Part shown: positions 24,936-38,018 of the stretch, one piece after another
Numbering within the stretch: position 1 is the first letter of the stretch
Layout: each line of letters starts with the position of its first letter
DNA from: Octopus sinensis
Lineage: Eukaryota
Reading direction: 5' to 3'
DNA length: 64,000 nucleotides
NCBI RefSeq assembly: GCF_006345805.1
Contig: NC_043012.1
Coordinates: 57,846,001 to 57,910,000 of the forward strand
Translations under genes and position numbers: made by a program
The notes under the pieces: model-generated
The model's input: only the letters and a program-made list of their open reading frames with translations
Told to the model about the DNA's origin: nothing
The model's database searches: none

Positions 24936-25764
24936 TGTGTTATCGTTGTTGTTATGCATTTTTTTGCTTTAGAATATTGTTACTTATTTCTTAATAGAGG
25001 GCTATTTCTTGTAGATAAGATTACAAGTATTTCGTTCGGCTGCTGCTTTTTTGGGGTGATGAAAGTCGGAGTAGAAGCAGCTGTGATGTAGTTACGATAT
25101 ACAGATGTTTCGTTAATTACACTGTTCAATTCAGCTAAAAAGAAAGAAACAAATGTAACAAAAAATAACCTAAAAATTAGGAGAAATTTTCACATTAAGC
25201 TGACATATTCTCGGAGTTACTGATTGACAATATAGTCAACATTGCATGTAAATTACGTTGTGAAAAACGATAATGAGGTTTGTTGAACTAGCAAGAGGTA
25301 TTGTATTCATATGCGAAATTGCATTATTTTGGGATAAATGTAGGACCCATTGCTATGCCATCTAGTTGAAGGAATTTGTAAATTTTCGAGTAGCTTGGAA
25401 TACACAAGTCTGTCTAAGAATTATTTATGGTTTGGAGATGAATGACTGGTGAAGTAGTTCGGAAACCCGAGCTTATAAATACACCTTCGAGGTTCAAACC
25501 GGACACGACCGACCCACACATAGAGAAAGAGAGAAATAGAGAGAATGAGGCAGAGAGGGAAAGAAGGAGGGAGTGAAGACGAAAAGAAGAGAGAGAGAGA
25601 AAGGGAGAGAGTGAGGCAGAGAGAGAAAGTACGCGAATGTACAACTATATAAACGCATATACACAGACCAATTTCTCCTTTTTAATTCAAACGGTTTTAC
25701 TCAATTCAAATTTAAGCGGCATGAAAGGGTTGCACGAATGTGTATATAAAATGAGCAAAAAACA

Positions 25765-25900
25765 CTTAGCGGTTCGGCAAAAGAGACCGATAGAATAAGT
25801 ACTGGGCTTACAAAAGAATAAGTCCCGGGGTCGAGTTGCTCGATTAAAGGCGGTGCTCCAGCATGGCCGCAGTCAAATGACTGAAACGAGTAAAAGAGTA
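25765..25900 (+). mobile_element. SINE family C/B body fragment
   Basis: cttagcggttcggcaaaagagaccgatagaataagtactgggcttacaaaagaataagtccc..gcatggccgcagtcaaatgactgaaac. Confidence 0.8.
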
Positions 25901-26344
25901 AAAAACAACAAAAAAAGCCCTTTTTCTTAAGGGCAATTTTTTTTTACTTATTTTCACTTTTCATAAGTATAAAAGCTACAATAATTTTTAGCCTCTCGCA
26001 CAATAAAATCTAAAATCTCATTATCGAAACGTGCCGAAAACCTATTCACCTTCCTTTGAATCTGGCGTGAGCATAAATTCATTTGAGATTTTCACATTCC
26101 AACATTGTTATCGGCAAACGAATGCACGAGTGGAGAATAATCGGTGCTCTTTTTCCATGCAGAGCTAATACAAGCATCAGTTTCTTCTGTGCTATCTACA
26201 TCATCGTCATTATCGTCATCCCCATCATCATCATCATCATCATCATCAGCATTATCATCATCATTATCATCATCATCATCATCATTATCATCATCATTAT
26301 CATCATCATCATCATCGTCGTCGTCGTCATCATCTGCCTCATTT

Positions 26345-27006
26345 GTTGATACAAGTCAACTTCCCTCCCTTCATTGCTGTATAAATATTCCATTTTCTCC
26401 CACCAATAAGAAGAACTGGGGTTGTTCATTTGTGGGTTGCAGGGAACCAAAGAGGACGTCGTCGTAAATTCATGTTTATCTGTCTTCTTAGATGCACCAA
26501 ACGATGTCATTTGCAGAGTAGCATTGTCTGATATTGTTCAGAAAATCCTTTGACTGGATGTAAGTGCCTTCTAAAAGATCCATAAGAGGTTGAGAAGGAA
26601 GCGGTAGTGCTGGCGATGTTACCTGACCGCCTGGGCAGCACATACCATTTGTTTCATTTGAAAATTTTAAAGAGCCCTACTGAAACTACAATTTGTGTTT
26701 AGCACACCAATTTCGACAGAGTTATTATTTTTATATGAATGGGATGGATCATATCTGAAAACAACTTCAGGGGTTGTGAAGAACGAATTTGTACATATTC
26801 TGTTTCTGAGAGCTATTCTATTGGATCTCTGTCTAATTATTAAAACATTGATTAATAATCCAGCATTAAGTGCTGCAACATGCATTTGCTGATCTTGAGA
26901 AAAACTAATCTCGCTTCTCTCTTCAGACTCTCGCCTGCGGTTTTCTACAATCCTCCTTGCTTTATACTTCGTTTCTGGAGAGATTAGGTCTTTTCTTTGG
27001 TGGTAT
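26345..27006 (-). pseudogene. Helitron RepHel N-terminal coding remnant
   Basis: Frameshifted translation: IPPKKRPNLSR..KARRIVENRRRESEE..FRYDPSHSYKNNNSVEIGVLNTNCSFSRAL-KFSNETNGMCCPGGQVTSPALPLPSQPLMDLLEGTYIQSKDFLNNIRQ..QMTSFGA..NEQPQF. This matches the Helitron CCxxGxV..FLxNIRxYN..QMTSFG region. Confidence 0.85.
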
Positions 27007-27568
27007 GTTTTTTTTCCAATACTCTAAACAAAAATTATGAATATAGAAAGAAATTATTAATTAATCCCTATATTTGTAAGCAGTTTTATCCGTAAAAATT
27101 TATTTGAAGGGAGCAGAAACTGAAAGAGAAAGCGAAAAGGATAAAGAAAGTGAAAGATGTATGTACGTCTATATGAAATGAACGTGTATGTGTGTGTGTG
27201 TGTGTGGTAGGGGTGTGTGTCTGTGTGTGTGTGTGCATGCGTTCGTGTGTATGAGAGAGAAAGAGAGATAGAGTGAGTGAGTGAGTGAGTCAAGCAGTGT
27301 GTCGTGATGATTGATGTCTTTTAAGGTACACACATATAGAAAATGTGACGTCATTGTATAAAATAGTTACGATAGTTGATTTGTGGAAAAGATTATAATG
27401 TTAAATTTTTGAAATGCAAATATGTGAATGGAAATTATGTTTAATTTGTAGCGGAAATAGTACTGAATATTTTTATACCCAACACGGCAAAATCTGTAAC
27501 TCAGTTTTGGAATACATAAGAAATATTTATATATATATATGTATGTATATATATATACATACATACAT

Positions 27569-27621
<53 letters not shown>

Positions 27622-27716
27622 GTAAAAGTAATGTGTGACAATTATTCGGTAATCGAGGTGGAAATCCACGCCGCCATCTCTTCAGTTATCCGGCCATAAT
27701 ATATGTATGTATGTAG

Positions 27717-27758
<42 letters not shown>

Positions 27759-28682
27759 TATAGGACAGACAATCTTTCAAACTGAAAGTATTATCTCACA
27801 TAACAATAGAGTCCTAATACTGGAATAGTGTAAGAGATAAGAGATTGCTCTGGGCACGCATTAGTCAAGATGTTGGAAATTTCCACTGCATGGACCTTGG
27901 CTTTTGTATTTGACGCCTGTTGCTTTAAGTATTTTATTTCGATTTTATGTATATCTGCATGTATATATGTGTGTATGAGACCTCTATATGGTAGCTAGAC
28001 CTGGTAGAAATAGCAGCCAAATCTCCCTCAAAACACCCTACTGCCTTAATCCGACAATTTTGCCTATTATGTAGTTTGAATGAGAAACTGCAACTAAAGA
28101 TTAATATTATTAGTCCCAAAATTTTACGCGTTTTAATAGCAATCAATTTGTTTCTTCTTTTTGCTTAATTAAAATGGTTGCCTTTTCGTCGTAGTCTTTT
28201 ATGTTAGCTGTAAACATAGAGAGGGTTAACTTGGACGGTGTTAAGTAGAAGCGATGTTTGCTGATTGTATGTGGCGGTTACTTTTGGTCGTTTCTTCTCA
28301 ATAAGGATAATTGATTGATAACGAATCTTAACACAAAATATATACAACTTCAAATGGAATCGGACATCATAAGAGAGACATAGAGAGGAAAGAAGAGATT
28401 CAGCATAGCAACGGTTTTGGCTGACTGTCATCCTGCACACTCCTTGTTGCTAGCGAAATGGTATTGCCGGCTGTCTGAGCGAAACAAACAGGACAAAAAA
28501 GATTACAAAAATAGCGATTCTGATTTTGAAACTTACAATTTAAAAAATCTATTTAAATTACGGAATGCCCTACTCTCTCATGTATCTATGTCTAAATACA
28601 GCGCGATCGGATATACAATACTCGAGTTATAAGCGCACAATCACAGACAGAATGGAATTTTATATACTTGATAATAATAATG

Positions 28683-28723
<41 letters not shown>

Positions 28724-28751
28724 TATTATTATTATTATTATTATTATCATT

Positions 28752-28801
<50 letters not shown>

Positions 28802-28987
28802 TATTATTATTATTATTATTATAATTATTATCATTATTTTAGTTTCTTTGTCAATTTTTTTTACACATCCTGTGACCTCTTCAACAACTATCGTCTCACG
28901 TGTCTCCTCTTGTTCTGCTTCTTCCATCTGGATGTGTGACGAAAGAGCTTTGACAAAGAAACTAAACTAATACTAATAACCATAAAA

Positions 28988-29357
28988 AAAATACTCAGAG
29001 AGCGCAAACCTTCGCTATGGCAACACCAACGTCCTCTCAACGATTAGCCGGAGACGATTTTTAAAATGAGAATATCTGAAATAAACTCAACTGCTCTCAC
29101 TAACGAGAATACTAAAAATGAACCCTATCGCTCTCAAAATTAAGTAAAAAAAAACAGGCGGGAAAAATAATCCAGAATCCTTGTCCAGTACCGGATCGAT
29201 CCCAAAATCTAATCAGTTCGTGCCAATCTCAAGGCCACACAGCCCTGGAAGTTTCATCCAAATCCATCCAGCGGTTCCTGAGATATCTTGTCGACAGATA
29301 AACAAACAAACAAACACGACTGAAAGTAGTACCTCTGCCTTCGCTGAGGCGGATGTA
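28988..29357. mobile_element. Helentron-associated (HINE/DINE-1-like) non-autonomous element
   Basis: The left subterminal motif aaaccttcgctatggc resembles the terminal hairpin tacctctgcct-tcgctg-aggcggatgta (29330-29357). An (AAAC)n tract precedes the hairpin, and both flanks are A-rich. Confidence 0.6.
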
Positions 29358-29673
29358 AAAAAGCTGGAATGAAGACCAAATATATTCGGAGACGTGTTTA
29401 ATTGGCAAAGTTTGACCCCACCCTAACTGGAACCTACATGACGTAACAATATCTGTTTCAATACACGATTTTGTATCATGAATTTTGCAGAAGAAATACA
29501 GAAGCCTAATCTTTCAGAATTCCTATTTTTCTACTCAAATGTGTAGGTTTGAACTAGGCAAAATGTTAACAAAAGAAACCTAGCTGTTTCTTGCAAGACA
29601 TACATTCAAATCAAAGCTTTTCATGGATCCTTTAAATAATACTATGAGTCTCTAAATTTTCATTTCCTTAGCG

Positions 29674-30014
29674 TTATATGGACGCTCAAAGGTCATACAA
29701 ACCCCGGTTGAGAAACACTTTAAATTCTAAAGTGTTTCTCGTTAGCATACGGGACGAGTAACAAGTTTTATTTTTGCATTCCGTTGCGGTTTAATTCCCT
29801 CTCTACCGAATCTATTTTCAACAACGGACTCCTTAAAATTTTATATGAACGCCGAAGGGTTATATGAACGCTCAAAGGTCATACAAACCCCGGTTGAGAA
29901 ACACTTTAAATTCTAAAGCGTTTCTCGTTAGCATACGGGACGAGTAACAAATTTTATTTTTGTATTTAGTTGCGGTTTAATCCTCTTTCTACTCAATCTA
30001 TTTTCAACAACGGA
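29674..30014 (+). repeat. Tandem duplication (155-bp units, 186-bp period), each with a 13-bp hairpin
   Basis: Copies at 29674-29828 and 29860-30014. Hairpin gagaaacacttta-aattc-taaagtgtttctc at 29710-29740. Confidence 0.9.
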
Positions 30015-30269
30015 GAGGTTAATGTAACCGAAGCCCACCCTGCTTATCTTTGGAATTATAAAAGACTCTTCGTTGACTAATGATTACTCTGCAGAGGAAT
30101 TTGAAGCATTTCTATTCTGTTGCCATATTTTGACATAATACCGATGGCTTTTTCTTTTAAATTCATAGATATTAATTGATGACTAACAGATGGTTAGGAA
30201 AGAAATGCAGTTTTAATTCAGAGAATAATTTTAGTTGCTAAATACACACAATTATGTACGTTCTCACAT

Positions 30270-30569
30270 TCGCGCCCTCCACCACAAACACTGCCTCACC
30301 GCAGCCGCCGCCGTCGCCGCCATAGATACCACTACAAGCACCATAAACAGCAGCACCACCACTACCACCAGAACCTCCACAACCACAACAACCACTACAA
30401 CTACCACCACCACCACCACAATCAACAATAACAATGCCGCCGCCGTCGCCACTACCGCTATCAAAACCATCGACATCATCACCAACAACACCACCACCAC
30501 CACCACCTCTACCACACATGCCACTGCCACCGACACTGCCGGCATGAGCAAGATAGCTAACACCCCCCA

Positions 30570-30600
<31 letters not shown>

Positions 30601-31326
30601 ATCACCACCACCTCCACCTCCACCGCCGCCGCCACCACCACCTCCATTACGGCACCCATCACTACCATAATCGCTAATAGCACTATTAATATGAACACCA
30701 CCACCGCAGCACCACCACCAATACCACCAGAAACACTACAACGACCATCATCGCTAAAACCACAACCACCACCTCCGATACTACCACCAAAATCACCACC
30801 ACAACCGCCATCATCATCATCATCATCATCATCAATAGCACCCCCACTAGAACCCCCCCCCCAAAAGAAACCCCATGTAACTTTATAATAATTGTCATTA
30901 TCCTCTCGTCCTCTCCACCTCTCCTCCCTCCTCTTCTTCATCGTCATCATCATGGACATCCCCAAGCAGCCTTACAATCATCAACAACACCAACGCCACG
31001 ACGGTCCTCCTCCACCACCTCTTTCTCCACATTATCATCATTATCATCATCATCATCATCATCACTCTCAGGGGCAGCAGCAGCAGCAGCAGCCTCGTCG
31101 ACATTAACATCGTTGTTGGCACATCATCAACATCATTATCACGATCATTTTCTCCCCCCCCCCACAGCGCCATAACAACTAAAATGCCTTCAACTTTCTG
31201 TCACGAACAATCATTATTATACATTTTCTCTTTCTAAAGTCACCATCGTCATCATCATCATCATCATCATCATCATCACCATCTTCATGATGATGATGAT
31301 CATCATCATCGTCATCGACATCGTCG

Positions 31327-31365
<39 letters not shown>

Positions 31366-31639
31366 CATCATCATCATCATCATCATCATCACCATCATCA
31401 CCACCACACCATCATCATCATCATCATCTCATCATCACCATCATCATCATCACCCATCATCTCATCATCATCATCACCATCTTCATGATGATGATCATCA
31501 TCATCATCGTCATCGACATCGTCGTCATCATCATATCATCATCATCATCATTCATCATCCCATCATCATCATCATCATCCTCATCATCATCACCCTCTTC
31601 ATGATGATTGATCATCTCATCATCGTCATCGACATCGCG

Positions 31640-31675
<36 letters not shown>

Positions 31676-31829
31676 CCCATATCACATCATCATCATCATC
31701 ATCATCACCATCTTCATGATGATGATCATCATCATCATCGTCATCGACATCGTCGTCATCATCATCATCATCATCATCATCATCACCATCACCATCATCA
31801 TCAACATCATCATCACCATCATCATCATC

Positions 31830-31861
<32 letters not shown>

Positions 31862-31936
31862 CATCATCATCGTAGTTGCCATTCTTGTCGCCACCATCAT
31901 CATCATAATGATAATCATTATCATCATCATCATCGT

Positions 31937-31967
<31 letters not shown>

Positions 31968-32600
31968 AGGAGCAGTTGTGATTATCTTTACCCTCATTAT
32001 CATAATAATTATGTCACCACCACTACCATCATCATCATTATCATCCCCACCAACCGCCACCACCACCACCACCACCACCACCTCTTCTATCGTCGTCATC
32101 ATTATCATCATTGTTATCATCGTAACCGTCATATTATCTTTACCACCGTTGTCTTCTTCTTCGTCGTCGTCGTTGTCATTACCATCATCATCACCATCAT
32201 CGTAATCGTAATCAGTAACATCATCATCATCATCATCATCATTATCATCATCACCGTCATCATCACCATCATCATAGTCTTAATCATCATCGTCGTCGTC
32301 ATCATCGTCGTCGTCATCATCCCATCATCATCATCATCATCACCATCATTATCATCATCACCGTCATTATCACCATCATCATCGTCGTCGTCATCATCCC
32401 ATCATCATCATCATCATCACCATCATTATCATCATCACCGTCATTATCACCATCATCATCGTCGTCGTCATCATCACCATCATCATAGTCGTAATCATCA
32501 TCGTCGTCGTCATCATCATATCGTCGTCGTCGTCATCGCCATCGCCATCTCCGTAGTCGTCGTAATCCCCGTCGTCCTCACCATCGATCTGTGTCTCTGC
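30270..32600. repeat. Cryptic trinucleotide low-complexity region (ACC/GCC, then CAT/CGT)
   Basis: Degenerate (ACC)n/(GCC)n runs to about 31100, then a long (CAT)n array with recurring variant blocks. Confidence 0.95.
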
Positions 32601-33654
32601 AAGTCTCTCCTTCTTGCTTCGGTTACTTCATTGGACCTGCAATAATAAACACAAATATCAGCTGAGATTCCACCAAGTCACTTCATATTCAGTCACGAGT
32701 TTCCCTCTTTTCGCCAGTAATCACCCCCACCCCCACCACTACCACATGCGCGCGCGCGAACACACACACACATATACACTCATACACACATATACGTACA
32801 GTCATACATACACATATACACATAAACGTATATGCATACATACACACACATATACACTCATACACACATATACGTACAGTCATACATACACATATATACA
32901 TAAACGTATATGCATACATACACACACAAATATTTACAGTCAGTGCGCACATAGATGCGGATACGTACACATCGCTCATACACACGCATACCGACATACA
33001 TACATACTTACATACACACATACATACATACATGTACACACATACAGGCATAGACATATGCATATAAACACACATACACATCCTCACCTAAGCACGTACA
33101 CATTTTCGCACACACACACTCATACACATAAACACACACCCACTCACACATACAGGCATATACACGCATACCCATATACTTACACACACGCACACTCACA
33201 CACGTCGCTATACATACATAAGCAGCATTAGCACCGACATAGGTCGATACACACACGTACACATACACGCAGTCACCACATACCCACATTTACACAAATG
33301 CACACACAAGAAAACTTACAAAATACAACTCTCACTCATACACACACACATACACGCACACACAGACACACACACACACACACACACACATACATCCATT
33401 CACAAAAGCGATATTTTCTAAGCGATTTTATACTCTGACTGAAAAGTTTTTTTGGTTTTATCTTCATCGTTAATTATATACAGTGACATAGTTTATAATT
33501 ACGAAGTTGTACTAATGAGATTTGAAGTTCGTTGACTAATTTATAATTTACGGGTAATTCATTTCCGTGTTCCTATTTGAGATCTTTCAGCACTATATCT
33601 TGGCAGGTTAGGTTAGCGGTTACGTAACGTTGGGGCTCCTACTCGCTACTCGAT

Positions 33655-34242
33655 CTGGCAGAAACATTAGTTGCGTACTGGGGTCGATCTAATCGACTGG
33701 CACCCATACCAAAATTTTGAGCCTTGAGCCTCGAGTAGAAAAGAATATTTATAGATCTAAGGGCAGTGAGCTGGCAGAAACGTTAGTACGCCGGACGAAA
33801 TGTTTAGCGGTATTTCGTCTGCCGCTATGTTCTGAGTTCAAATTCCGCCGAGGTCGACTTTGCCTTTCGTCCTTTCGGGTCGATTAAAAAAGTACCAGTT
33901 ACGCACTGGGGTCGATATAATCGACTTAATCCGTTTGCCTGTCCTTGTTTGCCCTCTCTGTCTTGGGTAGTAAAGAAATAGGTATTTCGTCTGCCGTTAC
34001 GTTCTGAGTACAAATTCCGCCGAGGTCGACTTTGCCTTTCATCCTTTCGGGGTCGATAAATTAAGTACCAGTTTCGTCCTGGGTCGATTTAATCGACTGT
34101 TCCTCCTCCCCCCAAATTTCGAGCCTTGAGCCTCGAGTAAAAAAGAATATATTCTTTGTAGAAAGGCGGCGAGCTGGCATAAACGTTAGCAAGCCGGGCG
34201 AAATGCCTAACGGTTTTTCGTCTGTCTTTAAGATCTGAGTTC

Positions 34243-34243
<1 letters not shown>
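33655..34243 (+). mobile_element. Cluster of family A SINEs including a composite 1.5-mer (33760-34147)
   Basis: Head, body and A2 tail, then gtaaagaaata|ggtatttcgtctgcc restarts the body and ends in the A1 tail. An internally deleted copy lies upstream and a truncated head downstream. Confidence 0.85.
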
Positions 34244-34294
<51 letters not shown>

Positions 34295-34386
34295 TATAAT
34301 AATGATAATAATAATAATAATGATAATAAATAATAATATAATAATAATAATAATGATAATAATAATAATAATGATAATAATAATAA

Positions 34387-34421
<35 letters not shown>

Positions 34422-34505
34422 ATAATGATAATAATAATAATAATAATGATAATAATAATAATAATGATAATAAATAATAATAATAATAATAATAATAATA
34501 TAATG

Positions 34506-34538
<33 letters not shown>

Positions 34539-34540
34539 GT

Positions 34541-34574
<34 letters not shown>

Positions 34575-34578
34575 AATG

Positions 34579-34639
<61 letters not shown>

Positions 34640-34662
34640 TAATAATAATAATAATAATAAAT

Positions 34663-35214
34663 GTCCTGATGCAGTACCAGACAGTGGCTCTCGTTGATCC
34701 TGATCTTAACTGATTGGAAGTGTTATCATGTACAATGTTTTGTCTTGGTATAAAAGATGGGCTACAGCAAATATTCTGCTCAATACTACAGATTTGCTTG
34801 TCAGTTGTTTGACCTTAACCAGTTGAGCATGTCCCTTTGTGGCTGATGATATGTGCATCTCTGATCACAAGCAGAAGTAGTGGGGGAGCATCATAGCCAT
34901 GTGCTGAGAGGGATTCTTTGGGGTTTGAATAATTCACCTTTCGAAACAGGGGTGTTTCGTTCAACATACTTACTTAATCCTTATTCTGGGACCTTTTGAA
35001 TGGGATGAGCTACTCGACCAGAAGAAATTTCTAACTGGGCCCCACCTGCAAGGTCATGTGCTGTTTATCTTGATATGAGATCACCATGTTGCGCACATAT
35101 GGTTGTGATGCATGTGCCTGGTGTACCCTTATCAGATGGGTGGTCATGATGGGTATACTGGGCTTCGTATATTTTACCCGTGTCACTTTGATGGCATGCA
35201 CTGCGCTCTCACTC
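34663..35214 (+). mobile_element. ~550-bp non-coding interspersed repeat (family E) embedded in (AAT)n
   Basis: gtcctgatgcagtacc..gttatcatgtacaatg..ctgcgctctcactc(aat)n. Homologous to 42952-43477 (-) and 50849-51344 (+). Confidence 0.85.
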
Positions 35215-35252
<38 letters not shown>

Positions 35253-35600
35253 TGATGATGATGATAATATTAATAATAATGTTTCCAAAATTTGCCACAA
35301 GGGCAGCAGATTTGGGAGAGGGGATGAGTCAGTTATATCAACATCAGTGTTTACTGATCATCTTTCATACTCTTTTTGTCTGTCCGATTTGATTCACACT
35401 CTTTGGTGCGATTCGAAACCTCAACAAACACGCCTATTTATTCAAAATGTCGAGCAATGGAGGTGAATCTCGAACTTTATGATTTCAATGCTAGCTTTTA
35501 ACTGAACAGCCATGAGGTTAACAACTGAAAAAAAGGTACTTTCCTATCATCGGGAGTCAGTTATCTATTTGTAATAGGATTACTCTTCTACTCTTTTACC

Positions 35601-35748
35601 TTTTTATTTGTTTCAGTAAGACCCCAGGACTTATTCTTTGTAAGCCTAGTACTTATTCTATCGGTCTCTTTTCCCGAACCGCTCAGTTACGGGGACGTAA
35701 ATACACTAGCATCGGTTGTCGAGCGATGTTGGGGCTGGGGGAGGATAA

Positions 35749-35780
<32 letters not shown>

Positions 35781-35795
35781 ACACATACACACACA

Positions 35796-35863
<68 letters not shown>

Positions 35864-35995
35864 GACGGGCTTCATTCAGTTTCTGTCTGCCAAATCCACT
35901 CACAAGGCTTTGGTCGGCCCAAGGCTATAGTAGAAGACACTGAACCTGGAACCATGTGGTTCGTAAGCAAGCTATTTACCACACAGCCACTCCTG
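35601..35995 (-). mobile_element. SINE family C/B with internal (TA)n(TG)n
   Basis: Head caggagtggctgtgtgg..ggttccaggttca at 35995-35862, then the microsatellite, then the body at 35745-35601. Confidence 0.8.
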
Positions 35996-37601
35996 TAAAC
36001 AAACTACTATATTCGTGGGGAAGGTGTAATAGTTGATCGAAGGTCGTTCGGATTAGCTAACACTACTTTATGAAGAAGGAAAGCCGCAAAGAACTGGGCG
36101 ATTATTTCCGTCTGTGATATGTAATAATAAAACACATTTATCTTTTACTCCCATCATGCATATATATTAATATCTAGTGTAAAATCTCTAAGCTATCTGT
36201 ATTTAATCTTCAGGATGAAACAGCTGGATGAAGGTTAAAATTTAGTTGAAATTTAATCTCCAAAGAAATGTTAGATCGTGTTTTTGAGAAGCGTTGCACT
36301 TGATGAATGTACAATGTGCTAGCCTCGGCTAAGTGTCACAAACGTTTACCATACAGCCCAGCCCGTTAACCATTTGCCTGCCCTAAATATTTTCGAATAC
36401 TTTTTTCCCTAATGTCCATGTTTGTTTTCAGGTTCTTAAAGCAAATCAAATGCAAAGGATCTCCGTCGGCTTCCGCGACGAGTGTTCCAATTGTTTGACA
36501 AACGAAACAGCTTACTCTTTGATTCAATATGTCCACAACTGAGTATTCTACAGTTAGCTGTAACCGAGAATAAATTCCCAAGAAGAAACAACGAGTCAGT
36601 GTATAACATAGTCATACAGTCTGATAGAGCAGAGAATAAAGTCGGTCTCAGATTGGAGACTCTTGAATATTCAGAATACCATGCACTCCATTAAATATAC
36701 CAATGGGACAACTGTTGGTGTTAAACTGGGTGATGAGATCCATCATCGAAGAACATTATGCCTCCTTTTACTAAATCTACATAGTTTCCACTCTATAGAA
36801 TCCTTCTCTAATTATTCTGGTCAACTTGATCATATACCTAATGTGCTGTGCTTTGGGTCGAACTAGACCTCAATATTTAAAAAAACACACAATAATGTAC
36901 TAAAATTGTGCTTATGACGAAGATGGGTTTGTCTCGCTATAATATACAGTGTTTCGTATAGTATGGCTTTAACACCCTGCATATATGATCCGTACATTTT
37001 AGAGCCTGTTACGTACATATTTGATATACGTGTCGTGTACACGTTGATCATGTGGAATTAAGATATTAGCTTGGAATCAAATGCCGCTGAAGTTAATTAA
37101 TATAGTGTGTTCAGCGAGGACCGTGAGAAAACATTGTGGGGTGTTTGTAATAGGAACTGACTGATGCAGGATCAGAACGAGAATATGGAGTGAAGTAATT
37201 AAAGTATAAATAAGAGAGACATTTATAGACAGTCTGCTGACAACTTTGGTTCAACAGAGTTACCGTTTAATCTATCCTAACATGAAACACGAGATGTTGA
37301 TAATAAATTAGTTTCAACAGCTTCAGAAACAAATTACTATTAGCAGCACTCCAATTATATGTTTAACTAAACGCTAAATTATCACATTTCGACATATGAT
37401 AAATTGCTATATATAATGCATATATTTCATCACCACCATGTTTACATTGCATGCCCTCATATCTACATATATATTATATATATATTTAATAGCTCTATAT
37501 GCTTCTGTAATCGCATTACACTTATGACTTCATAATTAATGTTATACGTGCATAGACATTCGCACGTATCTGCATGCACAAACTATATGTATACTCTAGA
37601 T

Positions 37602-37912
37602 CAGGGGCCGGTGAACTGGCGTAAATTACCCCAAGTGGGGTAAAAATGAAATTCTTGGGGGTAATGAGGACTCATTAGACGTAAGTAAAATTACAAAAAA
37701 ACATGTTCCTTGTTACGAAAAACACTTTTTCTTCTGGCGTCACTGCATCTGTCCAATGTAATGAATATTGAATTAGACTCATATAAATAGATTCAATAAA
37801 CCTTTTGAATTCAAAGAATCTATGCTTTTCTTCCTTTCAAATCAAGGGGGTAACGTAAGCGTAAATAAATATGTTTTGAGGGTAATTGGTTAAAAAAGTT
37901 TCCTGACCCCTG
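37602..37912. mobile_element. hAT (Charlie-like) MITE, 311 bp
   Basis: TIR caggggccggtgaact versus caggggtcaggaaact (12/16). 8-bp TSD ctctagat (37594-37601) and ctctaaat (37913-37920), fitting the NTCTAGAN preference. Confidence 0.85.
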
Positions 37913-38018
37913 CTCTAAATGTATATAATATTTATTAAATACACATGTTCATCCATCCATCCATCCATCCATCCATACATACATACATATATGCATACAT
38001 ATGCAAGCTATACATGTA

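Noticed and set aside
30235-32645. 217-345 aa Thr/Ala/His/Ile-rich ORFs resembling mucins or His-rich proteins
   Set aside because: Cryptic trinucleotide repeats open in several frames on both strands, with no splice or domain support.
34843-34880. CTGATGA/CTGACGA in family E (also at 50972)
   Set aside because: Not followed by a stem II and GAAA.
36400-36870. Splice-acceptor-like ttgttttcag and several 60-70 aa ORFs
   Set aside because: Frames close quickly, there is no matching donor, and the peptides are unrecognised.
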